A stretch of 64,000 nt of DNA from assembly GCA_041484665.1 (NCBI GenBank), contig JBGPIA010000014.1:1-64000 (forward strand), written 5' to 3'. Below are positions 39,895-51,556 of the stretch, in pieces; position 1 is the stretch's first letter, and the number at the start of each line of letters is the position of its first letter. The DNA comes from Candidatus Krumholzibacteriia bacterium (GTDB taxonomy: Bacteria > Krumholzibacteriota > Krumholzibacteriia > JAJRXK01). The notes under the pieces are model-generated. The model saw only the letters and a list, made by a program, of their open reading frames with translations. It ran no database searches and had not been told where the DNA came from. Position numbers and translations under genes: made by a program.

Positions 39895-41623
39895 CAAGTC
39901 GGCAGCCCGGCCTCGCCACCCGGCGCTGAAGCAGAAGACCAAGACGTCCATGCCGATACAGGATCCGGCGGTCCGCGCGCACAACTTCTCGGTGGTCGAG
40001 CTGGGCTATACCTCCGCGCTCGCGGCGAATGAGAGCAACCGCTGCGTAGCCTGCAAGGACCCTGCGTGCGTCCCCCTGTGCCCGGTCGAGATCGACATCC
40101 GCTCGATGGTCGACTTCCTGAAGGCGCAGGACTACGAGGCCGCCTATCAGGTCATAGCAAAGAGCAACCTGTTTCCGTCGATCACCGGGCGCGTCTGCCC
40201 GCAGGAGAGCCAGTGCGAATCCACCTGCATCCGCGGCGCCAAGGGCGAGCCTGTCGGGATCGGCTTCCTGGAGAAGTTCCTGGGTGACTGGGCGCGTGAG
40301 CGTGGGCTGCGGCCCAAGGCAGATCTGCCGCCGTGGAACGGCAAGCGGGTCGCCATCATCGGCAGCGGTCCGGCCGGCATGAGCGCGGCCGCCGATCTGG
40401 TGCGCTTCGGCTACAAAGTGACGATGTTCGAGGCGCTGCATCGGCCGGGAGGCGTGCTGATCTACGGCATCCCCGAGTTCCGTCTGCCCAAGGCGATCGT
40501 CGACTACGAGATTGATAACCTGCGCACGCTGGGCGTGCAGATCGTGGTCAACTGCCTGGTGGGCCGCACGATCCCCATGGAGGAGCTGGAGCAGGACTAC
40601 GACGCGATCTTCATCGGTACGGGGGCCGGCCTGCCGTACTTCATGGACATCCCGGGCGAGCAGCTCTCGGGCGTCTACTCGGCCAACGAGTTCCTCACGC
40701 GCGCCAATCTGATGGAGGCCCGCTCCTTTCCACAGGCACCGACGCCCATCCACGTGGGCAAGCGGGTCGCCGTGGTGGGCGGCGGCAACGTGGCGATGGA
40801 TGGCGCGCGCGTGGCTCTGCGTATGGGTGCCGAGCACGTGGACATCGTCTACCGGCGCACCGAGGACGAGATGCCTGCGCGCCGCGACGAGATCCACCAT
40901 GCGCAGGAGGAGGGCATCAACTTCCTGCTGCTCCATGCTCCGGTGGCCATCTACGGCGACGCGCGCGGCTGGGTGAAGGAAATCGAGCTCATCAAGATGG
41001 AGCTCGGCCAGCCGGACGAGTCTGGCCGGCGGCGGCCGGTCCCGGTGGCGGGTTCGAACTACCGGCTGCCGTACGACGTGGTGGTGATGGCGATCGGGCA
41101 GGGACCCAACCCGTTGCTGGCCAGACTCACACCCAGTCTCAAGACCAACAAGACCGGCAACATAGTGGTGGAGAAGCAAACCCTCGCGGTACAGGGCGTG
41201 GTGTCGTCGCTGGGCGGGGGGAACGAGCGCAGGCCGGCGGCCGGCAATGGCAACGGGAACGGCCAGGGGAACGCCCGCGAGAACGGCTACGGGAGCAGCA
41301 GCGGGAACAGCAGCGGGAATGGCCAGCAGGACAGCCACACCAAGCTCCACGCAGCGTCAGCGGAGTTCGGTTGCGGTCGCAGCGCCGCGGCGGCGGGTGG
41401 AGGGGGCGGAAAGGGTGGAGAGGGTGGGGTGCAAGCCGCCGCGGCGCGGCGCCGTCCGGTCATCTGTGCTGGCGGCGATATCATCGGCTCGCAGGCCGGC
41501 GCCGGCGGCACGGTGATTGCGGCGATGGGGCACGGCAAGGTCGCGGCGCGAACGATCCATCAGGCGCTGGAGCTCGCCGCGACCGCTGGCGAGCGCCCCG
41601 GCCCGGCCGGCGCCAGCAGCTGA
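39869..41623 (+). CDS. nfnB: NfnB/SudA (GltD-like) NADPH-dependent oxidoreductase with Gly/Asn-rich insertion
   Basis: RCVACKDPACV..CPV, GRVCPQESQCE, GSGPAG, YGIPEFRLPK, GGGNVAMD, AGGDI; downstream of nfnA. Confidence 0.88.
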   Translation: MDRPNSVDDKSAARPRHPALKQKTKTSMPIQDPAVRAHNFSVVELGYTSALAANESNRCVACKDPACVPLCPVEIDIRSMVDFLKAQDYEAAYQVIAKSNLFPSITGRVCPQESQCESTCIRGAKGEPVGIGFLEKFLGDWARERGLRPKADLPPWNGKRVAIIGSGPAGMSAAADLVRFGYKVTMFEALHRPGGVLIYGIPEFRLPKAIVDYEIDNLRTLGVQIVVNCLVGRTIPMEELEQDYDAIFIGTGAGLPYFMDIPGEQLSGVYSANEFLTRANLMEARSFPQAPTPIHVGKRVAVVGGGNVAMDGARVALRMGAEHVDIVYRRTEDEMPARRDEIHHAQEEGINFLLLHAPVAIYGDARGWVKEIELIKMELGQPDESGRRRPVPVAGSNYRLPYDVVVMAIGQGPNPLLARLTPSLKTNKTGNIVVEKQTLAVQGVVSSLGGGNERRPAAGNGNGNGQGNARENGYGSSSGNSSGNGQQDSHTKLHAASAEFGCGRSAAAAGGGGGKGGEGGVQAAAARRRPVICAGGDIIGSQAGAGGTVIAAMGHGKVAARTIHQALELAATAGERPGPAGASS

Positions 41624-41660
41624 TCCGCAGCCGCCCGCAGAGCGCGCACCGCGAAGTCTC

Positions 41661-42500
41661 CTATGCCGCCGCCGGCTTGCGCGCCTCGATGCACAGCATC
41701 GGGATCGTGAGGGCGAGGTCGCCGCGCTGCGCGGCGACAGCGTTGAGCTTGCGCTCCAGCGCGACGAACGTCGCCGCGACCGAGTCCGCGGCAACGATCG
41801 ACTTCCACGCGGGGACGAAACCCAGACGGATGAACCAGTGGCGCAGCAGTGCTGAACCGTCGGCAAAGCGCATGCGAAACGAGCTTGTGACGGCGTCCAC
41901 GACCTCGAATCCCGCGCCGGTGACCAACTGCCCGATCGACTCGAGCGTGCCGCGGTGGGCGATGTGGGCGTCGAGGGTGGCCAGCCGATCGGTCATGCCG
42001 AGCTCGACCAGCGTGGCGCGGTAGATCTCGTAGAACTCGCGCATGTGCCCCACCGTGTTGGTGGTGAGGAAGAGCTGCGCGCCGGGCTTCGCCACCCGAA
42101 AACAGGTGCGCAGCACCGCGTCCGGGTGATCGAAGTTGTTGATCCCGAGGTTGGACACGACGAGGTCGATCGACGCCTCGGGCAAATCGAGGGCCGCCGC
42201 GTCCTGCTCGAGCACGGAGACGTTGTCGATCTGGCGGTGAGCGACCTTGCGGCGCAGCCGCTGTACGGCGGTCGCCCAGGGATCCACCGCGATGACCCTC
42301 GCCTGCGGGCCACAGCGCTGTGCCAGCTCCAGGGCCAAGAAGCCCGTGCCGGTGCCGACGTCGAGGATGGAGAGGCCCGGCCGCAGCGGCAGGCGCTCCA
42401 GCAGCAGCAGGCCGAACGGCGCGGACCACAGCGGCAGTTCGTCGTAGAGATCGCCGAACTCGGGCGCTGTGGGATCGATGTCCTGGGCGTGCTCCATCAT
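41661..42500 (-). CDS. Class I SAM-dependent methyltransferase
   Basis: ILDVGTGTG, SIDLVVSNLG, KPGA. Confidence 0.85.
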   Translation of the reverse strand: MMEHAQDIDPTAPEFGDLYDELPLWSAPFGLLLLERLPLRPGLSILDVGTGTGFLALELAQRCGPQARVIAVDPWATAVQRLRRKVAHRQIDNVSVLEQDAAALDLPEASIDLVVSNLGINNFDHPDAVLRTCFRVAKPGAQLFLTTNTVGHMREFYEIYRATLVELGMTDRLATLDAHIAHRGTLESIGQLVTGAGFEVVDAVTSSFRMRFADGSALLRHWFIRLGFVPAWKSIVAADSVAATFVALERKLNAVAAQRGDLALTIPMLCIEARKPAAA

Positions 42501-42517
42501 CTTACGTGCCCCCGCTT

Positions 42518-42811
42518 TCAGGGCTCTTGAGCAAGCGTGCGCGTCGCGGCCTCCCGCACGGCAAGCTCGATGTCGCCGGGATCCGTCAACCGGAAGCCGA
42601 AGTGGCCGATGCCACCGGCGGCGCCGGCGGCCGACTCATTGCGCTCGAACGCGATGACATCGTGGGCTCCCGGTCCCTGCGCCTGGATGCTGCTCTCGTC
42701 GCGATCGTACTCCTTCATGCCGAACAGCTCCCGATAGAAGCGCAGCGACCGCTCGGGATCCGAGACGGCGAGGCTGATGTGGGTGAGTCCGTGCGTCTTG
42801 ACCATCGGCAT
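42518..42811 (-). pseudogene. VOC/glyoxalase-family gene, C-terminally truncated
   Basis: LTHISLAVSD..RS.RFY..LFG and GHFGF present; the final DPDG..IE strand is missing. Confidence 0.65.
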
Positions 42812-42869
42812 CTCCTCGTCTGCGCGGCCCGCGGGTCACCGGGTCACCGGGTGCTGCGGCCGCCGGATG

Positions 42870-43198
42870 GGACCGCGCCGCAGCGCGCGCACGGTCTCCA
42901 CGGCGTGCAGGAACAGCCGGCGCCCGACACCCCGGCCGTACAGCGAGGGGACGATCTAGAGGTGCTCGAGCCACTACCGCTCGCCCCGGTCCTCGAGCCC
43001 GTAGAAGCCCGCGACCGTGCCGGCGACCGCAGCAGCGAACACGACGTGGCGCTCAAAGTAGTCGGGGGAGACCTGGAGAGCTCCCTCCCATGCCTGCAGC
43101 CAGGCTGCCGGGTAGCCCCAGTGGGCCTTGGCCGCGCGCGTGATCTCCGTCAGCCGCGCCGCGTCCGCGACAGTCGCGCTTGCGAGTTCGAGTTCCAT
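42870..43198 (-). pseudogene. GNAT acetyltransferase remnant with two in-frame TAG stops
   Basis: AKAHWGYP..W, AGFYGL, then ER*WLEHL*IVPSLYGRGVGRRL (acetyl-CoA motif lies past the stops); 3' end degenerate. Confidence 0.8.
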
Positions 43199-43293
43199 CG
43201 TTCCCCCGCCCACCCGTTCCCGGCGCGAGTCCCGGCGCAGAGCGCAGCGTGCGAGCTGGCGTACCCCCAACCGCATCTCGCGGACGCGTCGCC

Positions 43294-43653
43294 TCAGGCC
43301 TGGTCGGCCTGCTGAGCGTCGGGCGCGAGATGGAACCGCTGCAGCGTGTGGTGGAGGACCGGGCCCAGCATCACACCGGCCAGCACCAGGAACACGATGC
43401 CGGCGAACAGCGCGTAGAGTCCCGCCAGCCACTTGCCCGCAATCGTGTGGAGCGGATCGACCGGCCCCATGCCTCCCAGCAGCATCGCGGCGTTCAGGAA
43501 GGCATCTGGCCAGGCAAGCCCCTCGACCCAGTGATAGATCGCCATCCCCACTGCGAGCGTACCGATGCCCAAAGGCAGCAACGAGAACCCGTGGGTGAGC
43601 ATCCGGCGGGCGAGCTGCCAGGGCCGGTGTGCCGGGGGGAGATCATGCGGCAT
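43294..43653 (-). CDS. Small two-TM membrane protein (ion-channel pore-like)
   Basis: TM - EGLAWPDAFLNAAMLLGGMGP - TM architecture. Confidence 0.7.
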   Translation of the reverse strand: MPHDLPPAHRPWQLARRMLTHGFSLLPLGIGTLAVGMAIYHWVEGLAWPDAFLNAAMLLGGMGPVDPLHTIAGKWLAGLYALFAGIVFLVLAGVMLGPVLHHTLQRFHLAPDAQQADQA

Positions 43654-43667
43654 CTTGGGCACTCCTC

Positions 43668-43955
43668 TCACATCCCTTCCACGAGGATCATCTTCGTCCT
43701 GGCCGCTGCGTGCCGCAGCGCCTTCGCTGGCCGGTAGGCCTCCGATTCCCACCACTCCCTGGCGCGCTGCGCCGTCGGGAACTCCAGCACGACGAGGCGC
43801 CCGGGATACCAGCCTCCCTCGAGCGCATCGACCCTGCCCCCCCGGACGACGTACTTCCCGCCGTATGCCCTGACGGTTGGGGCGGCGAGGTTCTTGTATT
43901 CCGCGTAGCGAACGGGATCGGTGACGTCGATGTCCACAATCACCAGAGCTGTCAT
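43668..43955 (-). CDS. DUF1330-family protein
   Basis: YGGKYVVRGG..LEG, VLEFPT..A..WW.S..Y, LVEG. Confidence 0.9.
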   Translation of the reverse strand: MTALVIVDIDVTDPVRYAEYKNLAAPTVRAYGGKYVVRGGRVDALEGGWYPGRLVVLEFPTAQRAREWWESEAYRPAKALRHAAARTKMILVEGM

Positions 43956-44018
43956 GGCTTCGTTCCTTGCCTTTGCGACCTGGTCGCGTCCGCCGCGCGT
44001 GCGGGTCGAGCCGCGCGG

Positions 44019-44309
44019 TCAGCCCGCCGAGCTGCGCTTCCAGCGTTCCAGTCGCGCAATCCCGCCGGTGAAGAGGCTGGCGAGCAGGCCCGGGAATCCC
44101 ACCTCGCGCAGCTTCCCTTTCACGCGCTCCTTCATCTGGCCGACGGTGAGATCCGGCATGGTGAAGCGCCCCTGCTGGTAGCAGTGGGAGCAGTACATGA
44201 CGCTCTTGCTGCCGTCGGCGTTCGTGCCCCCGCCCGCAGCATCGCGCTTGAGCGGCATCCCGCAGGACTGACACTTCTTGAAGCTCCGCCCTGATTCCAC
44301 CGGAACCAT
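44019..44309 (-). CDS. Zinc-ribbon domain protein
   Basis: CQSCGMPL, GTNADGS.S..YCSHCYQ.G.F, LERWK. Confidence 0.85.
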   Translation of the reverse strand: MVPVESGRSFKKCQSCGMPLKRDAAGGGTNADGSKSVMYCSHCYQQGRFTMPDLTVGQMKERVKGKLREVGFPGLLASLFTGGIARLERWKRSSAG

Positions 44310-44436
44310 CTCCTTTCGTGCGCGCTGACGTGCTCGACAAGAGCCGTGTCGCCTGGTCCGTGGTGTCATCTTTGGCTCGCCGTCGCGCTGGATCGGCTCG
44401 GCCGGCGATGTCCTCCGCTCGAATGCGCCTCCGCCC

Positions 44437-45861
44437 CTACCAGGTCCGCCGCAGAGGATGGGCCTCGGTATTGAAGACGACCAAGTCGAGATCCACGGTG
44501 GCTTCGGGGGCGAATAGCAGGTACAGGTACTTCAGCGTCTCGGCCAGGAAATAGCTGGGCATGAGGTCGCCCTGCTCTTTAGTCACCACGTCCTTGAGGG
44601 TCGTGTAGCCGGCATCGGTCCGGCAGTGCGCCACGAGCCCCTCGAAGAACGTCCGGCCCATGTCGAGGTAGCGCGGGTCCTTCGTGATCCAGTGGAGGCA
44701 GTAGGCCGACTCGATGATCTCGGGCCGCAAGGGGTACCCGGGATTCGTCACCTGCAGCGTCGTGTAATCGAGGACCTCGGGCTCGATCCCGTGCAGGCTC
44801 CACATCTTCAGGCACGAGTCCTGGAGCCGTCGCGCACGGTCGAGGTCGCCTCCCAGCGCCAGCACGGCCGGCAGGAATGCGTGCAGCGCTCCGAACTCCG
44901 TGGCCGTGCGCTTGGCGGTCGCCATGTCCACCTGACCGTACCAGAGTCCAGTGGGGGCGTCGTCCGCCAGATGCTTGTTGAGGGCGTGGAGGCTCGCCCG
45001 CCACATCCGCGCGCAGTCCTTGTCAGCGAAGAGCCGCGCGCCCTTCATGAGATACTCGTAGTACGAGTCAATCCCCCCGCCCACGTGGCTGGCCGGGCTG
45101 ATCCACTTGCCCGCCTCGACGTCGATCTCCTCACCCACCAGACCGAGCTTCGAGCGCCGCTCGTACAGCGCGACGAGGGCGTGCTTCGCCTTGTCGTAGA
45201 AGACAGGCTTGTGCGTGAGACGCGCAAGCGTGCCGAACTCCAGGAAGAGCGTCCCGATCTCGGCCGGGTTGGAGCGAGCGCCGCTGGTCGTGCCGGTCTT
45301 GAGATTCACGTACATGTAGGGCATGCCGGTGGGGGAGCCGAAGGCGGGTAGCAGCCGCGTCCCCAGGTCCTCCGCGAGCCGCAGCAGCCGCGCGTCGCCG
45401 GTCATCTGATAGCTCGAGAGCAGCCCGCCCAGGATGCGGATCGTGATCTCGAAGTTCTTGACCGAGATGTCCTTGTCGAAGGAGAGCTGCTCGGCGATCA
45501 GGGTCTTCGCCTTCTGCGCCTCGTCGGTGAGCCCCATCAGGATCAGCGTGTCCAGTGCGTCCACCGGCGTCATGCACAGGGACTCGCCGTACCAATCCCG
45601 AACGGTTCTGGTGACGGGCTTGAGCTCGTCGTGACCCCACGCGTACTGCGCGTACGCCTGCCATGCGAAGAGCAGCTCGGCGCGGATCCGGTCGGCGTAC
45701 TCTGCGCGCAACTCGGGCGTCCATGCGGAGTGATCCCGGGAGGCTGGCGCAGGGGCGGACCCCGATGCCGCACCAGCGCTGGCGGCCGACAACGAGGCGC
45801 ACAGCGCCCAGGACATGACGAAGACCAGGGACCGGGGTCTGATGACGGGCCTGGTTCCCAT
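44437..45861 (-). CDS. Secreted GH47 alpha-1,2-mannosidase
   Basis: AWGHDELKP, DALDTL, FEITIRILGGLLS, AEIGT..LEF, DSYYEY, LRPE, SYFLAETLKY, FNTEAHP. Confidence 0.92.
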   Translation of the reverse strand: MGTRPVIRPRSLVFVMSWALCASLSAASAGAASGSAPAPASRDHSAWTPELRAEYADRIRAELLFAWQAYAQYAWGHDELKPVTRTVRDWYGESLCMTPVDALDTLILMGLTDEAQKAKTLIAEQLSFDKDISVKNFEITIRILGGLLSSYQMTGDARLLRLAEDLGTRLLPAFGSPTGMPYMYVNLKTGTTSGARSNPAEIGTLFLEFGTLARLTHKPVFYDKAKHALVALYERRSKLGLVGEEIDVEAGKWISPASHVGGGIDSYYEYLMKGARLFADKDCARMWRASLHALNKHLADDAPTGLWYGQVDMATAKRTATEFGALHAFLPAVLALGGDLDRARRLQDSCLKMWSLHGIEPEVLDYTTLQVTNPGYPLRPEIIESAYCLHWITKDPRYLDMGRTFFEGLVAHCRTDAGYTTLKDVVTKEQGDLMPSYFLAETLKYLYLLFAPEATVDLDLVVFNTEAHPLRRTW

Positions 45862-45906
45862 GGGAGCAGCCTCCGATTCCCTGGCGGCCTCGATGGCAGA
45901 CGCGAA

Positions 45907-45935
45907 ACGCTAGAACGGCGCGCGGGCCGCGTCAA
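45907..45935 (-). promoter_or_regulatory. sigma70-type promoter for the GH47 gene
   Basis: Minus strand TTGACG-N17-TAGCGT. Confidence 0.5.
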
Positions 45936-45982
45936 TTGGTCGCTCCGCGCGGTCGCAACGCGGCAACGCCCCCAGCGGGCGA

Positions 45983-46357
45983 TCAGAGCTCGCCATCCAG
46001 CGGCGCCACACGGAATACCTGCCCGCCGGGCGCTTGGAAGAAGAAGCGCGTCGGGTCGGGATACTCGACCTCGCGCACACCGAAGGCCAGCAGCTGCGTC
46101 TTCAGCGCCGCGGGATCCTCCACCTTCAGCTCCATCCAGGTCGCCTTCAGGTGCTCGGCCTCCGAAAGCGTCTCCGCATCGGAAGTGAAGAACAGGCCGA
46201 GCACGAAGCCGCCGGAGAACTCGTACAGATCGAGGTCGGGACGCGGGCTGTCCAGTGGCCGGCACCCGAGGACCGTCGCATAGAACTCCCGCGCCTGGGA
46301 GCGCAGGCGCTCCGGGACCGTCATCTTGAGGTGATTGCCAACTCGAACGCTTTCCAT
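45983..46357 (-). CDS. VOC-like hypothetical protein
   Basis: AREFYATVLG, ELKVED, FFQAPGGQVFR; CAGGAGG RBS. Confidence 0.7.
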   Translation of the reverse strand: MESVRVGNHLKMTVPERLRSQAREFYATVLGCRPLDSPRPDLDLYEFSGGFVLGLFFTSDAETLSEAEHLKATWMELKVEDPAALKTQLLAFGVREVEYPDPTRFFFQAPGGQVFRVAPLDGEL

Positions 46358-46413
46358 GGTTCCTCCTGGAATGGGCTGGGGGCAGCCCCGCGCGCGCCGC
46401 GGGCTCTGTCGTC

Positions 46414-46887
46414 TCACACGTCGAGCTGCACGATGCGCGCGTCGATCGAGCCGCGCGTAACGGTAAGCAGAGCCACCGCCACCGGAAGCGAGAACCTGCG
46501 CGGGCCAGCGCTTCCCGGATTGACAAAGATGACTCCGTTGTGGCGCTCGACTGCTGGCCGATGCGAGTGTCCGGAGATGACCGCATGAAAGCCGGCGCCA
46601 GCGGGATCCAGGTCGAGGTCGTGCCGGTCGTGCACGACGTACAGGAGTACGCCTGCCACCTCGACCACCTCGGTCGCGGCAAGGGCATCGGCCCACGCTT
46701 CCCGATCGTTGTTCCCACGGACTGCCACGACCGGCGCCAGCTCGCGCAACCCCGCCAGGATGCTGGATGCTCCGATGTCGCCGGCGTGGACGATCAGGCT
46801 CGTGCCGCGCAGCGCGGCCAGCGCCTCATCGCGCAGGAGGCCGTGGGTATCGGAGATCACGCCGATCGATGTCGTGTCCTGGGTCAT
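46414..46887 (-). CDS. YfcE-type metallophosphoesterase
   Basis: ISDTHG, HAGDIG, VRGNND, GHSH, NPGS. Confidence 0.9.
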   Translation of the reverse strand: MTQDTTSIGVISDTHGLLRDEALAALRGTSLIVHAGDIGASSILAGLRELAPVVAVRGNNDREAWADALAATEVVEVAGVLLYVVHDRHDLDLDPAGAGFHAVISGHSHRPAVERHNGVIFVNPGSAGPRRFSLPVAVALLTVTRGSIDARIVQLDV

Positions 46888-47145
46888 GGAAGTCCTGCCG
46901 GGGGGAATGCCGTACAGCGTCACGCATCGAGCGGGCGGCGGGCGTGCTGCGCTCGTGCGGCGTGCGTGGCGGCGACTACGCTGGGGATGTCTCCCTCGAT
47001 TTCGCAAAGGGGTCGCCGCACAGATCGGAGCGCAGCCGCGCCCGTTCGCGGTCGATCTGCTCGGGAGTCGCACCCAGCTCGCCGAGAATGGACCCGGTCA
47101 CCGCCAGGGCCACTTCCCCCTCTCCGGAGAACCGGACTGTCCCGG

Positions 47146-47547
47146 TCACCGGCCTGTGAACAGCGTGCGCTCGTCGACGAAACAGAGCCGATTGCCGAAG
47201 GGATCCTCGGCGTAGAAGGACCGTTCGCCCCAGGGGCGGGTGACGATCTCGCCCGCGGTCTGGTCGTGCTTGTCGCCCGCCGCCAGGCATGCCAGCTCCC
47301 GCGCGCGCGCGTACACCGCCTCGAGGTCCTTCACCGCGAAGTAGACGTAGTCGGGGATGGGCTTCGCTTTGCCGCCCCCGCCGCTGGGATCCAGGACGGC
47401 GAGGATGACAGGGCCGCAGTCGAAGTAATGGCGGGCTCCGTGGATCCTCGTCCCCTTGGCACCCAGCAGCTTCGAGTAGAATTCGGCCGCCTTCTCCAGA
47501 TCGGACACCTGCAGCGTTACGCGGAACAACCGCGGAGCGTCAGCCAT
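47146..47547 (-). CDS. VOC-family protein
   Basis: VSDLEKAAEFY, YFAVKDL, PWGERSFY.EDPFGN. Confidence 0.88.
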   Translation of the reverse strand: MADAPRLFRVTLQVSDLEKAAEFYSKLLGAKGTRIHGARHYFDCGPVILAVLDPSGGGGKAKPIPDYVYFAVKDLEAVYARARELACLAAGDKHDQTAGEIVTRPWGERSFYAEDPFGNRLCFVDERTLFTGR

Positions 47548-47621
47548 CGCTCGTCTCCTTGGAATCGGGGGAGTTCCGGATCGCAGGGCGTCGCGCCGGC
47601 CGCCCGCGCGCGGGCGCCCCG

Positions 47622-48095
47622 TCACGCTCCGCCGAACATCGCCTTCGTCCGCTTCTCGATCTCCTCGGGCGACACGTCCTCCTTGTGGGTCCCGATGATC
47701 CAGACGTGGCCGAAGGGGTCCTCCAGGCGCCCGGAGCGGTCGCCGTAGAATTGGTCCTCCACGGGACTGAGCAGCTTCGCGCCGGCCGACAGCGCCCGGC
47801 TCGCCAGCGCGTCCACGTCCTCGACGTAGAGCGCGAGTCTCACCGAGGAGCCACCGAGCGACTGCGGGCTGTGGTTTCCCCATTCCAGGGACTCCTCGGC
47901 GAGCATGATCGTCGAGTCGCCGATGCGGATCTCCGCATGCAGGATCTTTCCGCTGGCATCTGCCAGCCGCCCCGGAAGCTCTGTCGCGCCGAACGCCTTC
48001 TTGTAGAAGTCGATGGCGCGGGCAGCGTCCCGGACGCCGATGTAAGGTGTCACTGCGTGGAAGCCTTCCGGGATGGGCTTCACTTTGCTCTTCAT
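47622..48095 (-). CDS. VOC-family (PhnB-like) protein
   Basis: VTPY, AIDFYKKAFGA, HAEIRIGDS, DQFYGDRSG...DPFGHVW. Confidence 0.9.
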   Translation of the reverse strand: MKSKVKPIPEGFHAVTPYIGVRDAARAIDFYKKAFGATELPGRLADASGKILHAEIRIGDSTIMLAEESLEWGNHSPQSLGGSSVRLALYVEDVDALASRALSAGAKLLSPVEDQFYGDRSGRLEDPFGHVWIIGTHKEDVSPEEIEKRTKAMFGGA

Positions 48096-48204
48096 GGGAC
48101 CTCTCCTTGTTGAATCAGCCTTGAGCCGGGGGAGTTCATTCCAACAGAGATTCGCGCGATCCAACTCGGCGTACCGGATGCCCGCGTGGACCACCATCGC
48201 CGCG

Positions 48205-50355
<2,151 letters not shown>

Positions 50356-50500
50356 GCCATCCCTGACCTGCTCACCTTGGTGTTCGCACGTATGGGGGCC
50401 GCCGGTGGGCGGGACGTCTCAGCCCCCCGGGTCCGGCGGCGCGGCTACTGCGTGGCTTCTGCGCGGCTTCAGGGTACACCGGCGGCGCCCCCTCCTCCAC

Positions 50501-50672
50501 CGTATCGTCCGGCCCCGCTGGATCGTCCTACGCCGGCCGTGTCGTCCTGCCCCGGCTGGGTCGTCCTGCCCTGGCTGGATCGTCCTGTCCTGGCTGGATC
50601 GTCCTACGCCGGCGGTAGTGTCCGGCCCCGGCCGGGTCGTCCTGCCCTGGCTGGATCGTCCTGTCCTGGCTC
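50501..50672. repeat. About 19-bp minisatellite (consensus TCGTCCTGCCCTGGCTGGA), about 9 copies
   Basis: Recurring TCGTCC cores at about 19 bp spacing between the kinase and methyltransferase genes. Confidence 0.85.
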
Positions 50673-50707
50673 GAGCTGCTGGTGGCTCTGGCCCTGCGGC
50701 AGGTCGA

Positions 50708-51481
50708 TCAAACGACCCCGCGAGCATGGGATGCCCGCCCCACGCGCAGGAGCAGCGGCCAGGTGATGCGCCGCGACCTCTGCGAGCGACCCCACTGCGC
50801 AGCAAGCTCTGCGGTCAGCGGCTCGACGGGGTCGTGGCCTTGCGCCTCGCGGTAGCGGATCGTCGCGGACCATGTCCCCAGGTACCCGAGCAGCTGCGGC
50901 AGGGTCCAATCCGCAACCATCTCGAAGGCCGGAGCCGGAAGCTCGTCGAACGGGAATGCGAGCATGCGGTACCCGTTCTCGACCAGGCGACGCGCCGGCG
51001 GCCAATAGGGGCCCACCACGTTCGAATAGAAACGTCGGATAGCATCGTCGATCGCCGCAGGCTCGATTCGCAGAATCGCGTAACACCAGACAGCCAGGAC
51101 GCCCCCCGGCGCCAGCACGCGGCGCACTTCGGTATAGAAGCGATCGAGGTCGAGCCAGTGCAGCGCCTGGGCGACGATCACCAGATCGATGGACGCGGCG
51201 TCGAGTCCGCTCGCCTCCGCCGGGGCAACGCGGTACTCGACCTGCGCGTGCGCGGGCGCCGCCGCGAGCTGAGCAGCGCTGGCATCGGTGGCGATCACCC
51301 GCCGGAAGTACGGCGCCAGGTCGAGCGTGGCCTGGCCGCTGCCGGCGGCGCAATCCCAGGCCAGCTCGCGTCGCGGGGCGAGGCCAGCCAGGTACGCGAA
51401 GAGCGCCGCCGGATACCGGGGGCGGTAGGTTGCGTACTCGGGGGCGATGGACGAGAAGTGGTCCGCGAAGGAGTCCCGCAT
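50708..51481 (-). CDS. Class I SAM-dependent methyltransferase
   Basis: DHFS, RPRYP, AWDCAAGSGQA, AQALHW, LAPGG. Confidence 0.9.
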   Translation of the reverse strand: MRDSFADHFSSIAPEYATYRPRYPAALFAYLAGLAPRRELAWDCAAGSGQATLDLAPYFRRVIATDASAAQLAAAPAHAQVEYRVAPAEASGLDAASIDLVIVAQALHWLDLDRFYTEVRRVLAPGGVLAVWCYAILRIEPAAIDDAIRRFYSNVVGPYWPPARRLVENGYRMLAFPFDELPAPAFEMVADWTLPQLLGYLGTWSATIRYREAQGHDPVEPLTAELAAQWGRSQRSRRITWPLLLRVGRASHARGVV

Positions 51482-51556
51482 GTCACGCGCGTCCCACGGC
51501 TTGCAGCCGCGGGTGCGACCAGGTGGAACGAGACGCGGTCGGGCTGCGGCGGCGGA

